Shown: positions 28,778 to 39,634 of the stretch, piece after piece
Layout of the letters: the number at the start of each line of letters is the position of its first letter
How positions within the stretch are numbered: position 1 is the stretch's first letter
Source: an uncultured bacterium
Lineage (GTDB): Bacteria > Krumholzibacteriota > Krumholzibacteriia > JACNKJ01
DNA length: 64,000 nt
NCBI GenBank assembly: GCA_963695095.1
Contig: CAVOFT010000001.1
Span: 2,048,001 to 2,112,000, forward strand
Direction of reading: 5' to 3'
The notes under the pieces: generated by a model
What the model was told of the DNA's origin: nothing
What the model saw: only the letters and a program-made list of their open reading frames with translations
The model's database searches: none
Translations under genes and position numbers: made by a program

Positions 28778-30208
28778 ATGATCCGTAGCGGGATGCTCGT
28801 GGTCTCAGCGCTCTTCATGCTTCCGCTCGGCGCGCCTCCGGCCGCCGCGCAAGCTGATGACGAGCTTGCAAAAGTCCAACGCTTCGAGGGCGGCAGCATC
28901 CGCCTCTCGCTCGGCGCGGCGAGTCTGGCCCTGCTCGGCCCCGGCGTCGCGACCCAGCAGGCCAGCGTGGCCCCCATCTACCCCGGGCCGGGACGCCAGC
29001 TCCACAACCCGGCCTTGCTCGGCATGCTGCGCCGTCCCCTGCTCGCCGCGGATCTCGCGCCGCGGCTGGACCTGGACCTCGGACGTCTCGTCGACTTGGA
29101 CGCGCGGCTCGGCGAGGAGACCGATGCCCTGCTCGCCGATCATCTCGCCGACGGCGGTCAGCTCGTCGCCAGCAGCGGCGAGGCCGGCCTCTACCATCCG
29201 GGCGGACTGGGCGCTGCCACCCTCATCCTGCCCGGGCGCCAGGGCACCCTGGCCCTGGGCATCGATGCCCCCTTCAGCCTCGACCTGGACCTGCTCGCCA
29301 CCGGCATCCGGGCCTGGGCGGACATCGAGAAGACCGTCGAGGACCACAGCGAGACCATCGCGCTGCGCGCAGATCTCGACCTGGCCGCCCGCATCGCTCT
29401 GCGCGCGCGCCGCTACAGCCTCGCCGTGGGCCGCGAGCTGGCCCCCGGCCTCTGGCTCGGCGCCGGACTGGATTGCCTCGAGCTCAGCGCGAGCGTCGAC
29501 GGCCTCGCCGACACCGAGGGCATCATGGCCACCGGCGGCCGCGAGTTCGCTTTCGGCGATCCCAACGATCCCTGGGAGAACTCCCTGGATCAGCGCCTGA
29601 CGGGCGACTACGCCGGCCGCGCCTGGACGCTGCGCCTGGGCCTGGGCTGGCGGCCGCTGCGGGCGCTGGCCATCGGACTCGTCTACCAGCGCGCGCCTGC
29701 CTTCGCGCTGGCGGGCGATGCCGACCTCTCCCTGCGTCGCCTCGCCGCCTACGCAGATGGCGGCATCGATCCCAGCGAGCTATCGCTCTCGAGGCCGACG
29801 GAAACGGAGCTCGTCGAGAGCCCCGTGGACGAGACGCTCGCCGTCGAACTGCCGAGCAGCCTGAGCCTGGGCATCGCCGGCAGCCTCGGCCCCCTCACCG
29901 CGAGCCTAGACGGCAGCCTCTTCCAGGGCGATTTCCGCGTGGGCTATCTCGATGCCGAGGGCCGCCTGCGCCCGGCCGGGCTCCTCAAGGCGGGTCTGGC
30001 CACTGGGCCCCTCTCGCTCTCGCTGGGCCTGCTCTTCGTCCGGCCTGAACTGCGCTTCGACGGCAAGACCGAGACCTTTGGCCTGCTGCCCCTGCCCCTC
30101 CTGGGACTGGGCGGGGGTGCGCGCCTCAACGAGCATCTGCGCCTGGACGCCGCCCTCGGTGCGGCGCCACTGCCCACGCTGCGCCTGAGCGCGGCGCTGC
30201 TCTTCTAG
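28778..30208 (+). CDS. putative outer-membrane beta-barrel protein (FadL-superfamily-like)
   Basis: SD GGAAGGAG, signal ending AAA-Q, HNPALL motif, alternating beta strands, terminal LRLSAALLF. Confidence 0.7.
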   Translation: MIRSGMLVVSALFMLPLGAPPAAAQADDELAKVQRFEGGSIRLSLGAASLALLGPGVATQQASVAPIYPGPGRQLHNPALLGMLRRPLLAADLAPRLDLDLGRLVDLDARLGEETDALLADHLADGGQLVASSGEAGLYHPGGLGAATLILPGRQGTLALGIDAPFSLDLDLLATGIRAWADIEKTVEDHSETIALRADLDLAARIALRARRYSLAVGRELAPGLWLGAGLDCLELSASVDGLADTEGIMATGGREFAFGDPNDPWENSLDQRLTGDYAGRAWTLRLGLGWRPLRALAIGLVYQRAPAFALAGDADLSLRRLAAYADGGIDPSELSLSRPTETELVESPVDETLAVELPSSLSLGIAGSLGPLTASLDGSLFQGDFRVGYLDAEGRLRPAGLLKAGLATGPLSLSLGLLFVRPELRFDGKTETFGLLPLPLLGLGGGARLNEHLRLDAALGAAPLPTLRLSAALLF

Positions 30209-30218
30209 CCCAAGGACG

Positions 30219-33200
30219 ATGGCGATGCCCCGCACCCCGCACTGCCCGCCTGCCCGCGTCTCGCGCCGTGCGGCGCTTTCCGCCGTCCTCCTGGCCGCGT
30301 TCGCGGCGCCCGCGCCCGCCGGACTGGGCGACGTGCACCCGACCCAGCTGCCGGAGGGCCTCGTCGCGAGCACGGACAGCCTCGTCATCCGCTGGGCGGA
30401 GACGAGCAACTGTCAGCTGGAAGTGGGGCCGGCTCCGGATGTCCTGCTCCCGCTGGCCGGCGCGAGCGGCGGCCCGGGGCTCCTCGCCTTCGTACCGGGG
30501 GCCCTGAACCTGGGCGCCGGGGCCTGGGCCGCGCGCCTCGTCAGCGCGAACGGCGCCGACAGCAGCCTGCCTTTCGTCCTGTTCATCGAGGCCGAAACCG
30601 CACCGCGCATGATCGCCCCCGCCAACGGCAGCGAGATTCCCGCCGGCGGCGCCATGCTGCGCTGGGAGCCGGTGCTGGGCGTGCCCTACTACCATGTGCT
30701 GTTCAGCGACCAGGAGATCGTCATCGAGGAGAACGAGGAGGGCGATCCGGTGGTCGCCGGGGCGGCGCTCACCTGGCAGGCGATCACCTCGGCCACGGCC
30801 ATCGCCTACGGCGACATCGACCCCAGCGGCTTCTTCACGGCGATGAACGGCACCGCACCGCCACTCGTGGCCGGCGCCGACTACAACTGGCTCGTGCTCA
30901 ACAACTACGGCGCCAATCCGGCGCTGTCGAGCACGCGCCAGGCCGGCGTCGCCGCCTTTCATGTGGCACCGACAGCGCTCGCCGCCCCCGTCCTCCTCGC
31001 CCCTGCCTCGGACGACAGCCTCGCCGCACCCAGCATCGCCTTCGCGTGGAGCGCGGTGCCCGAGGCGAGCCGCTACCAGTTCACCCTCTCGCGCCTCGTC
31101 GACGAGGATGGCAACGAGGGAGCGGTGGGCGTCTACGACCAGATCACCAGCCAGCCCCTCATCGACCTGCCGGCGGCCAGCCTGCTGGTGGATTCGCGCT
31201 ACCGCTGGAAGGTCTACGCCCTCGACGAGGTCGGCCAGGGTGCCGTCAGCGCCCCCAGCGAATTCAGCTACCGGATCGAGATGGGTCGCTTGCAGGTGCT
31301 GACACGCAATCAGGACGGCCAGGCGCTGCCCTACGTGGAACTCGACCCTGACGCCCCTGGGCGGCGGCGGCAGCGCGCTGCCCGCCATCACCGGCGGCAG
31401 CGGCGGCTGGGACGATGAACTCGTGGCGGGCGATTACCGCGTCGCGGCCAGCAAGGACGGCCACGAAGGGGCGATCGCCGAGGCGAGCATCGTCGCCGGC
31501 GATCTCTGCGAATTGACGCTGGTGCTCGCCGAGAGCCCAGCGACGCTCGCCGGCAGCGTACGCGATCCCCAGCAGCAGCCCCTGCCCTTCGCGATCGTCA
31601 CCGCGCGCAACACGCAGACCGGGGCCTTGCGGCAGATCGAGGCGAGCGCAGGCGGCGCCTTCGCGCTCGGCGTTGGCCCTGGCAACTGGCGCCTCCGCGC
31701 CGCCCGCAACGGCTATCATGCCACCGACAGTCTCCTCGTCACGGCAGCAGCCGGCGCCTATCTGAATCTGCCCAGCGCCCTGCATCTCGCTCCCAACGCC
31801 TGCTCCCTTGCGGGCAGCGTCCGCAACTCGCACGGCCAGCCGCTGCTGGCTGCCCGCGTGACCGCCAGCAAGGGCGGCGAGTCGCTGCAATTCCTGACGG
31901 CGGCCGACGGGCACTTCCAGTTCAGCGTCGACGCCGGCACCTGGATCCTGAGCGCCAGCAAGACCGGCTACGTGCCGCCGGCGCCGCGCAGCGTGACGCT
32001 GGCGCCGGGGGCCCAGCACACCCTCGACCCCCCGCTGGCCCTCAGCGCTCAGGCCGCGATCCTGAGCGGCTTTGTCGGGGCGGCCGGCGGCCTGGTCGGC
32101 GGCGCCCTCGTCACGGCAACGCCGACGACCGGCTGCGCCTACTACACCACGGCCGGTCCGCAGGGCTCCTGGCAGCTCAGCCTGCCCGCGGGCACCTGGT
32201 CGCTCAGCGCCAGCAAGGACGGCTACAGCGCGGGCGCCGCCCTGCAGCTCACGCTGGCGCCGGGCGGCGGACAGAGCGGCCTGGCGCTGGCGCTGAGTCC
32301 CAATCCCTGCCGCGTCGCGGGCCTGGTCACGGACGGCAGCGCGCCTCTGGCGGGGGCCGTGCTCAGCGCGGGCGAGCTGTCGACCACCAGCGCCTGGGAC
32401 GGCAGCTACAGCCTCACCCTCGGCGTCGGCGCCCACAGCCTCCAGGCCTTCAAGACGGGCTACAGCGGCGCCGAGGAACAGGTCACGCTGGCTCCGGGCC
32501 AGCAGCTGACGGGACTGGACTTCACGCTGGCCCCTGGCGCCGCCACCGTGAGCGGCCGCGTGCTGGCCCAGGGGGAACCCGTGGCGGCGGCTCTGGTGAG
32601 CCTGACCGGCGCCGCCTTCACGGTCGAGCGCAGGAGCGGGGCGAACGGGACCTTCAGCATCAGCGCCCCGCCTGGCAGCTACACCCTGTCCGTCGCCAAG
32701 AACGCGATGATCCCGGGTACGCCGCGCGCCCTCACCCTGGCGGCAGGGCAGACCCTGCCCGGTCAGGACCTGCAGCTCACACCGGCCGGCGCCCGGCTTT
32801 CCGGCCGTGTCCTCGCCGGCGGCGCCGCGCTGCGCGATGCCCAGGTACAGGCGAGCTCCGTGCTCGGCAGCAGCAGCACGGGTAGCGCCCCGGACGGCAG
32901 CTGGTCCCTGCTCCTGGCCGGCGGCGCCGCCTGGACCCTGAGCGCCAGCAAGGCGGGCTACTCGACGCAGAGCGTCCAGTCGCCCGCCCTTGCCGATGGC
33001 GCCACGTGGAGCCAGGACTTCGCGCTGACCCCGCAGGCCGCGCAGCTCTCGGGCTGCGTTCGCGAAGAGGGCGGACTGCCCATCGCGGGGGCTGAGCTGA
33101 GCCTGGCCGTCGCGGGCGGCGGCACCTTGAGCGCGCAGAGCGATGGCAGCGGTCGCTACAGCTTCGCCACCGCCCCCGGCGCCGTCACGCTCTCGCTCAG

Positions 33201-35271
33201 CAGGAGCGGCTACGCCCCCTTCAGCGCCAGCCTCACGCTACCCCTGGGCGGGACCGTGCAGAACATCGAGCTCGACGCTCGCTTCGCCAGCCTCAGCGGC
33301 ACCCTGCGCGACGGACTCGGCGCGCCGCTCGCCGGCGTCAACCTCCGGGTCACGGGCAGCGCCAGCGCCTCCGCTCTCAGCGATGCCGGTGGCACTTTCG
33401 CGTTCCCCCGTCTCCTCGCCGGCGCTTCCAGCCTGCGCGCGACGAAGGGCGGCTATCAATCGGTAGCAGTGCCCCTCTTGCTCGAGGAGGAGGAGAGCCT
33501 CCAGATCGATCTCGCGCTCGAGCGCCTGCTGGGCACTCTTGGCGGTCAGGCGCGCGACGGCGAGGGCGCCGCCCTCGGCGGGGCGCTTCTCCAGCTATGG
33601 GCGGGCGCAACCCTCCTGGCCCAGTCGAGCAGTGCTGCCAACGGGCAGTTCGCCTTCAGCGCCCTCGATCCCGATCAGGAACTCGAGCTCTACGCGAGCC
33701 TGCCGGGCTATTCGAGCCTCGGCCCCAATCCCCAGCGGGGCCTCGCGCCCGGCGCCGCGCCGGTGGCAGTGACGCTGATCCGCGACGACGGCGTCCTGCG
33801 CGGCACCGTGCGCAGCGCCGCCGACGACAGCCCCTTGGTCGGCGCGGAGCTCAGCGCCGCCGACGGCCTGGGCGCCTATGCCGAAACCCTGAGCGATGCG
33901 ACGGGCAGCTTTCTTTTCACGGGCCTGCCGCGCGTGGCCTCCTACACGCTGCGCGCCGACGCCCTCGGCTACGCGCCCGTCGCCCTCGCCGGCGTGGCGC
34001 CGACCGGCGAAGCGCTCGTGCTCGGCCTGGACCCGGCCCCGGCCAGCATCTACGGCAGTCTGCTCAATCCACGCGCGCCGGGCGAACGGCTCCCGGCGGG
34101 GGCCAGCCTGCGCGCCTTGCCCCTGGCCGGCGGCAGCAGCGTGGTGCTGAACCTCGACGCGCCCGGGGCCTACAGCCTGGCGGGTCTGACGCCGGGCGAA
34201 TTCACCTTGATCTGTCGCGTCGACGGCTACCTCGTCGAGCCGCGCGAGCAGCTGGTCACCCTGGCCGAAGGCCAGGCCGCCGGTCCCTACGACTTCGAGC
34301 TCCGGTCCGCGGCCCTGGCCAGTCTCGCGATCAGCGGGCTCGACGAGATCGACAACGACCAGAGCGCCATCTTCCGCGGTAGCCAGAGCAGCGCCAGCGG
34401 GGAAGCGCTCGACTTCCCTCTCGCCTGGAGCCTCGAGCCGGCTTCCGCCGGCAGCTACGACCCCGCCAGCGGCCGCTTCACCCCGCGCCCGCAGTTCTGG
34501 GGCCCGGTGCGGCTGCGGGCCCGGCATGCGAGCTCGGGCCTGACGGCAACGCGGACCGTGAATGTCACCGCCCGCCTGGCCGCGGGCAGCGCGCGCTCCC
34601 TCGACGATGGCCAGGGCCTCACCCTGCGCCTGCCGGCCGGGGCCATCCTCCAGCCCCAGCGCATCGGGCTCAGCCGGCAGGTGGCCAGTCCTCTCAAGCG
34701 GCGGGCCGGCAGCTTCCGCGTCGAGGGCGAACTCTATCGCTTCCTGCCCGACGGCCTCGAGTTCGTCGAGAACGCAGAGCCTTCGCTCACCCTGCCCGTG
34801 CCCAACGGCCTCTACAACCAGGGCCTCGCGATCGGCTGGTGGCATCCGGCCCTGCTCGACTGGGAGCGCCTGCCCGGCGTGAAGGGCGCCGCCGGCCTCA
34901 GCCGCCCCATCGCGCACTTCTCCGACTACGCGCTGCTCGTGGCCAACGCGCCGCTGGCCGTGGCCCGGACCGAGCTCTCGGCAAACCCCTTCAGCCCTGC
35001 CCTGGGCCCGCTCGAACTGCGCTTCAGCGTCGACAGCCAGGGCATGGCCTCGCCCCTCGTGGAGGTCGAGCTGTTCAATCTGCTCGGCGATCCCATTCGG
35101 CGCCTGCTCAGGCGCCAGGCCCTCGCCGTCGGCGAGGAGCACACCCTGCGCTGGGACGGCCGCACGGACTCCGGCGAGCTGGCCCGCAACGGCCGCTACC
35201 TCCTGCGCATCCGCGTCGAGGACGACCAGGGCGAGGCCGAACGCATTCTGCCCGTGGTGCTCGTGAAATGA
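30219..35271 (+). CDS. large secreted repeat protein: FN3-like domains, ~12 carboxypeptidase-regulatory-like repeats, Ig-like, ZU5-like, FlgD/T9SS-like CTD; one frameshift at ~31344
   Basis: ORFs 30219..31418 and 31423..35271 join if one base near 31344 is removed, restoring a full repeat. Repeats follow xLxGxV...GxPLxGA...GxW/Y...ASKxGY. C-terminus NPFSP...FNLLG...WDG...GRY...VVLVK. Confidence 0.8.
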
Positions 35272-35285
35272 GGAGGGAGACGTCG

Positions 35286-36222
35286 ATGCCCAGCCCCTGC
35301 TGTCGAGCGCTGCGCGCGCTGGCCCTGCTGATCGCCGTGCTGGCCACCCTGCGACGCGGCGCCCGTCGCGGCGGGGCAGAGCGCCTTGCCCGGGGCCTTC
35401 GCCGACATCGGTCTCAGCGCCCGTGTGATGGGGATGGGCGGCGCCGGCGCCGCCGGTTGCGCGCGGGTCGCGGATCTCACCTGGAACCCGGCCGGCCTCG
35501 CCGCCCTCGCGCGGCCCGAGGCCGCCGCCCTGCAGACCGAGCAGTTCGGCCTCGTGGCGCACTACTACCTCGCCGGCGTGCGGCCCCTGGGCAGCGGGCG
35601 CGGCCTGGGAGTGGGCCTCCTGTCCAGCGGCGACGGCCTCCTGCGCGAGAACACGCTGGTCCTCGCCGCCGGGCAGGCGCTGGGCGACACGCCGCTCGGC
35701 GGGCTGGCCCTGGGACTCGCCGTCAAGCTGCGCCACGCCGCCTTCGCCCCCGAGGGCGAGACGCCGGGAGTGGAGGGCAGCGCCTACGGCGCCGCGCTCG
35801 ATCTCGGTCTGCAATTGCGGCGCGGCGCGGCGCGCTACGGCTTCTTCGTCGAGGAGCTGGCCAGCGACCTGCGCTGGCAAAGCAGCGGGCTCGGCAGCTA
35901 CCACGAGGGCGTGCCGCCCACCCTGCGCACGGGACTGGGGCTGGATGCCGGCGCGCTCAGTCTCGCCGCCGACCTCGAGCTCGCCCTCGCGACGGAGCGC
36001 GCGCACAAGGCGGCGCTGGGGGCCGAATGGCGGCTGCACTCCATCCTCGCGCTGCGCGGCGGCTTCAGCCAGCGCCTCGCCGCCCTGGAGCAGCGCTTCC
36101 TGAGCGCGGGCATCGGCCTCGGTGCGGATCTCGCGGGGGGGCGCCGCCTGCAGTTCGACAGCGCCTATCTCTTTCACGAACTCGGCGGCAGCCTGCGTCT
36201 CGAGGCCCTGATCATCTTCTAG
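35286..36222 (+). CDS. PorV/PorQ-like (UPF0164-type) outer membrane barrel; frameshift in signal peptide at ~35351
   Basis: DIGLSARVMGMGGA...WNPAGLA motif, beta strands, terminal Phe. Signal peptide MPSPCCRALRALALLIAVLATL is one frame off from AAPVAA-GQS. Confidence 0.75.
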
Positions 36223-36306
36223 GCGGGACGCCCGGCGCCGCGCAGCGGGACCCGTCGGCAATGGGCTGCCCTGGACGCCCGCCGCTCGGCGTGCTAGAAG
36301 CGGCGC

Positions 36307-36942
36307 ATGCACCCCGACGCCTATGCCGTCCTGGCCGGTCCCGGCAGCGCCGAACTCAAGGTGAAGGGCTCGCGCTTCATCGCCCTCGCTCTGGCGGTCG
36401 CAGATGAAGCAGCCGCCCGCCGCGAGCGTCTAGCACGGGGCCAGCTGCACCCGGAGGCCAGTCACCTCTGCTGGGCGCTGCGCCTGGGGCATCCCGAGCG
36501 GGCACTCAGCCGCGCCGACGACGCAGGGGAGCCGAGCGGCAGCGCCGGCCCCCCCATCGCGCGTGCCCTCGTCGCGGCCGGGGTCTCGGACGCGCTCTGC
36601 CTCGTGCTGCGCTGGTTCGGAGGCAGCAAGCTGGGTGTGGGCGGCCTGATCAAGGCCTATGGTGAGGTGGCGCGCGCGGCCCTCGCGGCCGCGCCGCGCG
36701 GCGAGCGGCTGGCCCTCACCCGTCTGGCCGGCAGCTTTCCCTATTCCCTGGAGCCCGCCCTGCGCGCACTGCTCGAAGCCCAGGGCGGCCGGCTCCTCGA
36801 GAGCCGGCGCGACGCCGCCGTGCACTGGCTGCTCGCACTGCCGCCCTCGGCGCTGAGTCCCTTCAACGCGAAGGCCGCGGACTTGGTCCGCGGCCCCACG
36901 CCATTCGTGCCGGTCGCCCCGCCCAGCGAAGCCGAGGACTAG
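36307..36942 (+). CDS. yigZ: YigZ/IMPACT family protein
   Basis: KGSRFIA, ASHLCWA, DDAGEPSGSAG, RWFGGSKLGVGGLIKAY. Confidence 0.92.
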   Translation: MHPDAYAVLAGPGSAELKVKGSRFIALALAVADEAAARRERLARGQLHPEASHLCWALRLGHPERALSRADDAGEPSGSAGPPIARALVAAGVSDALCLVLRWFGGSKLGVGGLIKAYGEVARAALAAAPRGERLALTRLAGSFPYSLEPALRALLEAQGGRLLESRRDAAVHWLLALPPSALSPFNAKAADLVRGPTPFVPVAPPSEAED

Positions 36943-38042
36943 TCGAGCAGACTGCTGTCCAGCAGGTAGTCGAACTGCGCGAGATCGGGCTGGAAGACGA
37001 GCTCGTCCTCATCCGGATCCCCCACTTTGACCGTCTTGTCGAGATCGCGATAGGTGACGATGACCACGGGCCCCAGATCGGGCGCGAGCAGATAGAGCGC
37101 CAGGTCGCGCCGCGCCTTCCGGCTTTCCGCGCGGTCGGCAATGTAAGAATCGGGAATCGCATCCTCGCCGGGCGCGGTGTCCGGATTGCGCTGGTTGCTC
37201 AGATGCAGATCCGCTTCCAGGCTGATGCGCACCCAGCGGCAGCCGCGAATCACCACATTCCGCAGAGCCGGGAAGAGCGAGTCCACCTCGGCGCCCAGGG
37301 AGGCGTAGGCGAAATCCTGCTGGGCGATGACCTCGCCCTTGATACGCACGGCGCTGATGCCGTCGACATAGGTGTCGTGGTCCACGTCCGAGGGATCCCA
37401 GGGCGTGTTGCCGGGTTGGCTGGTGCCGTCATAGATGCGGCGGGGGTAGCGGAAGCCCAGGGCTTCGTTGACCAGCACCTTGCCCACTTCGTCCCCGTCG
37501 TAGTCCACCTGCATCGTGTCGCCGCTGTACTCGGCGAGCAGTGCCTCCCAGCGCAGGGTCCCGAAGCGGAGCCAGGGGTAGGGCAAGCCCTCGGCAAAGA
37601 CAAAGATGGAGTCGGTGGCTGCCGCCTCGCTCACCAGGTTATAGCCGCCGCCCACGGCATCGAGATAGACCGTGATCTCGTGCTGGAGGGGCGCGCCCTG
37701 GTCGGTGCGACCCGTGCTGCGGCCCAGGAGGGCGAGGTCGGCGACGCCGCCGCCCGCGCTGCACTCCCAGCGCGTGTTGCCCGCGGGCAGCCGGGGATTG
37801 TAGTAGTAGAGCGTGGTATCGGGGCTGAAGATGCCCTCTTCCTTGCGCACGAAGGTCCACCACTCGCCGGCTGCGAGCGGCATGAAGTTGGCGCTCAAGG
37901 GCTCCACGCTGCTGCCCTCCGGTCCCGTCGGGCTGTTCGACGAGTCGTCGGAGCAGGAGCCCAAGCCCAGGATCAGCGCGAGGAGGACAAAGGCACCCAT
38001 GAGCCCAGGGCGCCGCCTGAGGAGTCTCGGCCGCATCGCCAT
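36939..38042 (-). CDS. hypothetical lipoprotein
   Basis: Basic N-region, h-region, LGSC lipobox, SSNSPTGP linker, FMPLAAGEWWTF motif. Confidence 0.8.
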   Translation of the reverse strand: MAMRPRLLRRRPGLMGAFVLLALILGLGSCSDDSSNSPTGPEGSSVEPLSANFMPLAAGEWWTFVRKEEGIFSPDTTLYYYNPRLPAGNTRWECSAGGGVADLALLGRSTGRTDQGAPLQHEITVYLDAVGGGYNLVSEAAATDSIFVFAEGLPYPWLRFGTLRWEALLAEYSGDTMQVDYDGDEVGKVLVNEALGFRYPRRIYDGTSQPGNTPWDPSDVDHDTYVDGISAVRIKGEVIAQQDFAYASLGAEVDSLFPALRNVVIRGCRWVRISLEADLHLSNQRNPDTAPGEDAIPDSYIADRAESRKARRDLALYLLAPDLGPVVIVTYRDLDKTVKVGDPDEDELVFQPDLAQFDYLLDSSLLD

Positions 38043-38110
38043 CCACCTTCTTGCCAGGCGCGCGCAAAGGCGCGCCGCTCAATCGGTTCCGGAATCGTGG
38101 GGACTCTTGG

Positions 38111-38183
38111 AGTCTAGGGTCCGGCGCAGCGCCGGGCAAGTGGATTTTTCCAGGTTGCGGCCGCCAGCCCCCTGCGCTAGGGA
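38111..38183. promoter_or_regulatory. divergent promoters for lipoprotein (-) and M28 peptidase (+)
   Basis: Minus TTGCCC-N17-TAGACT (38111-38139); plus TTGCGG-N17-TAGGAT (38155-38183). Confidence 0.6.
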
Positions 38184-38220
38184 TTCACCTGAACCCCTTC
38201 CAGCCAACGGGAGTCCAGCG

Positions 38221-39615
38221 ATGATCCGCCAGCTCGCCCTGCTTGCCGCGCTTGCCCTGTCCGCCCCGCCCGCAGCCGGCGCGGCCCAGCCCGCCGACAC
38301 CCTCGCCCTGCGCAGCATCGTGAACGAACTCGCCGCCCCCAGCTGCGCGGGCCGTCGCAGCGGCAGCCCCGGCGGAGCCATCGCCCGGCGCACCCTGGAG
38401 GCGCGGCTGGCGGCCCTGGGGCTCGCGCCGCTACCCGGCGAGGAGGGCTTCGCCCAGCCCTTCGGCATCCAGGGCGTCGCCCTGGACAGCCTTCGCGGCC
38501 GCCTCGTGGATCCCGGGGGCAAGGCGATGCCGCTTCAGCTCCACGCGAGCGCGCCCTTTGCGCCGCTCACCGGCGTCCGCCTCGCCCCCTGGCCTGCGGG
38601 CAAGAGCCTGCCGCTCACGGCCCAGGGCGCCCTCGTCGTGCGCCAGGGGCCGGCCGACCCGGCCGCGGCCGAGGCCTTCTCCCCCAGCAGCCTCCTGCTG
38701 GAGGCCGAGGCCGGCGGCGCGCTGGGGCTGCTGCTCGTGCCCCATCCGGCCGACAGCGCCGGCATCCTCGCCCGCTACCGGGATCGCAGCCGCGGGCGCG
38801 ATGCCCGGGTCTACGCCCTCGCCGGCCAGGAGCCGGGTGCCCTGCTCGCCTACGCCGACGGCCCGGCCGCGGCCGGTGTCTTCGCCGGCGCCACGGCGCA
38901 GCCCATCGGCTGGCGCCTTGAGCTGCCCGGCGGCCAGCCCCTCGCCCACCGCGGCTTCAATCTGGCCGGCCGGCTGCTGCCCGAGCCCAAGGACGCCCTC
39001 GACGAGCCGCCGGTCATCCTCTTCTGCGCCCACTACGACCATCTGGGCGAGGCGCCCGAGGACTTCTATCCCGGCGCCGACGACAACGCGAGCGGGGTTG
39101 CCGTCCTGCTCGAGGCCCTGCGCCTGCTCGCGGACCAGCCCCGCCGAGCCGAGTTGCGCTTCCTCTTCCCCGATGCCGAGGAGCTGGGCATGCTCGGCGC
39201 CCAGGCCTATCTCGCGCGCTGGGGCCGGCCCGACCTCGTCATCAATCTCGATTCCGTGGGTCGGGCGGGCGTGGCCAGTTACCGCCAGTTGCGCGATCCG
39301 GCCGCCGCTGATTCCCGTCTGCTGATCCACTGGCAGGCGCCTGCCGCCCCCGCCGGGGAGCCGGCGGCGCTGGACGCAGCGCTGGCCGCGCAGGGCTTCC
39401 ATGTGCAGGCGGGCGAGGGCCCCATGTTCGCTCGCGGCGGCGATCACTGGGTCTTCGCCGAGGCCGGCGTGCCGGCGCACTTCCTCTTCGGGGGCTTTCA
39501 CGCGGACTACAACACGGTGAACGATCTGCCTGCGCGCATTCTCGTGGATCGTTTGGCCCTGCTCGCCCAGGCCCTGGCCGCCTTCGCCGGCGAGGCCTTG
39601 GCGCCCCCGCGCTAG
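38221..39615 (+). CDS. secreted M28 family metallopeptidase-like protein
   Basis: Signal peptide, CAHYDH, GADDNASG, AEELG, NLDSVG, GDH. Confidence 0.88.
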   Translation: MIRQLALLAALALSAPPAAGAAQPADTLALRSIVNELAAPSCAGRRSGSPGGAIARRTLEARLAALGLAPLPGEEGFAQPFGIQGVALDSLRGRLVDPGGKAMPLQLHASAPFAPLTGVRLAPWPAGKSLPLTAQGALVVRQGPADPAAAEAFSPSSLLLEAEAGGALGLLLVPHPADSAGILARYRDRSRGRDARVYALAGQEPGALLAYADGPAAAGVFAGATAQPIGWRLELPGGQPLAHRGFNLAGRLLPEPKDALDEPPVILFCAHYDHLGEAPEDFYPGADDNASGVAVLLEALRLLADQPRRAELRFLFPDAEELGMLGAQAYLARWGRPDLVINLDSVGRAGVASYRQLRDPAAADSRLLIHWQAPAAPAGEPAALDAALAAQGFHVQAGEGPMFARGGDHWVFAEAGVPAHFLFGGFHADYNTVNDLPARILVDRLALLAQALAAFAGEALAPPR

Positions 39616-39634
39616 GCCGGCGGCGCGCCCGTCC

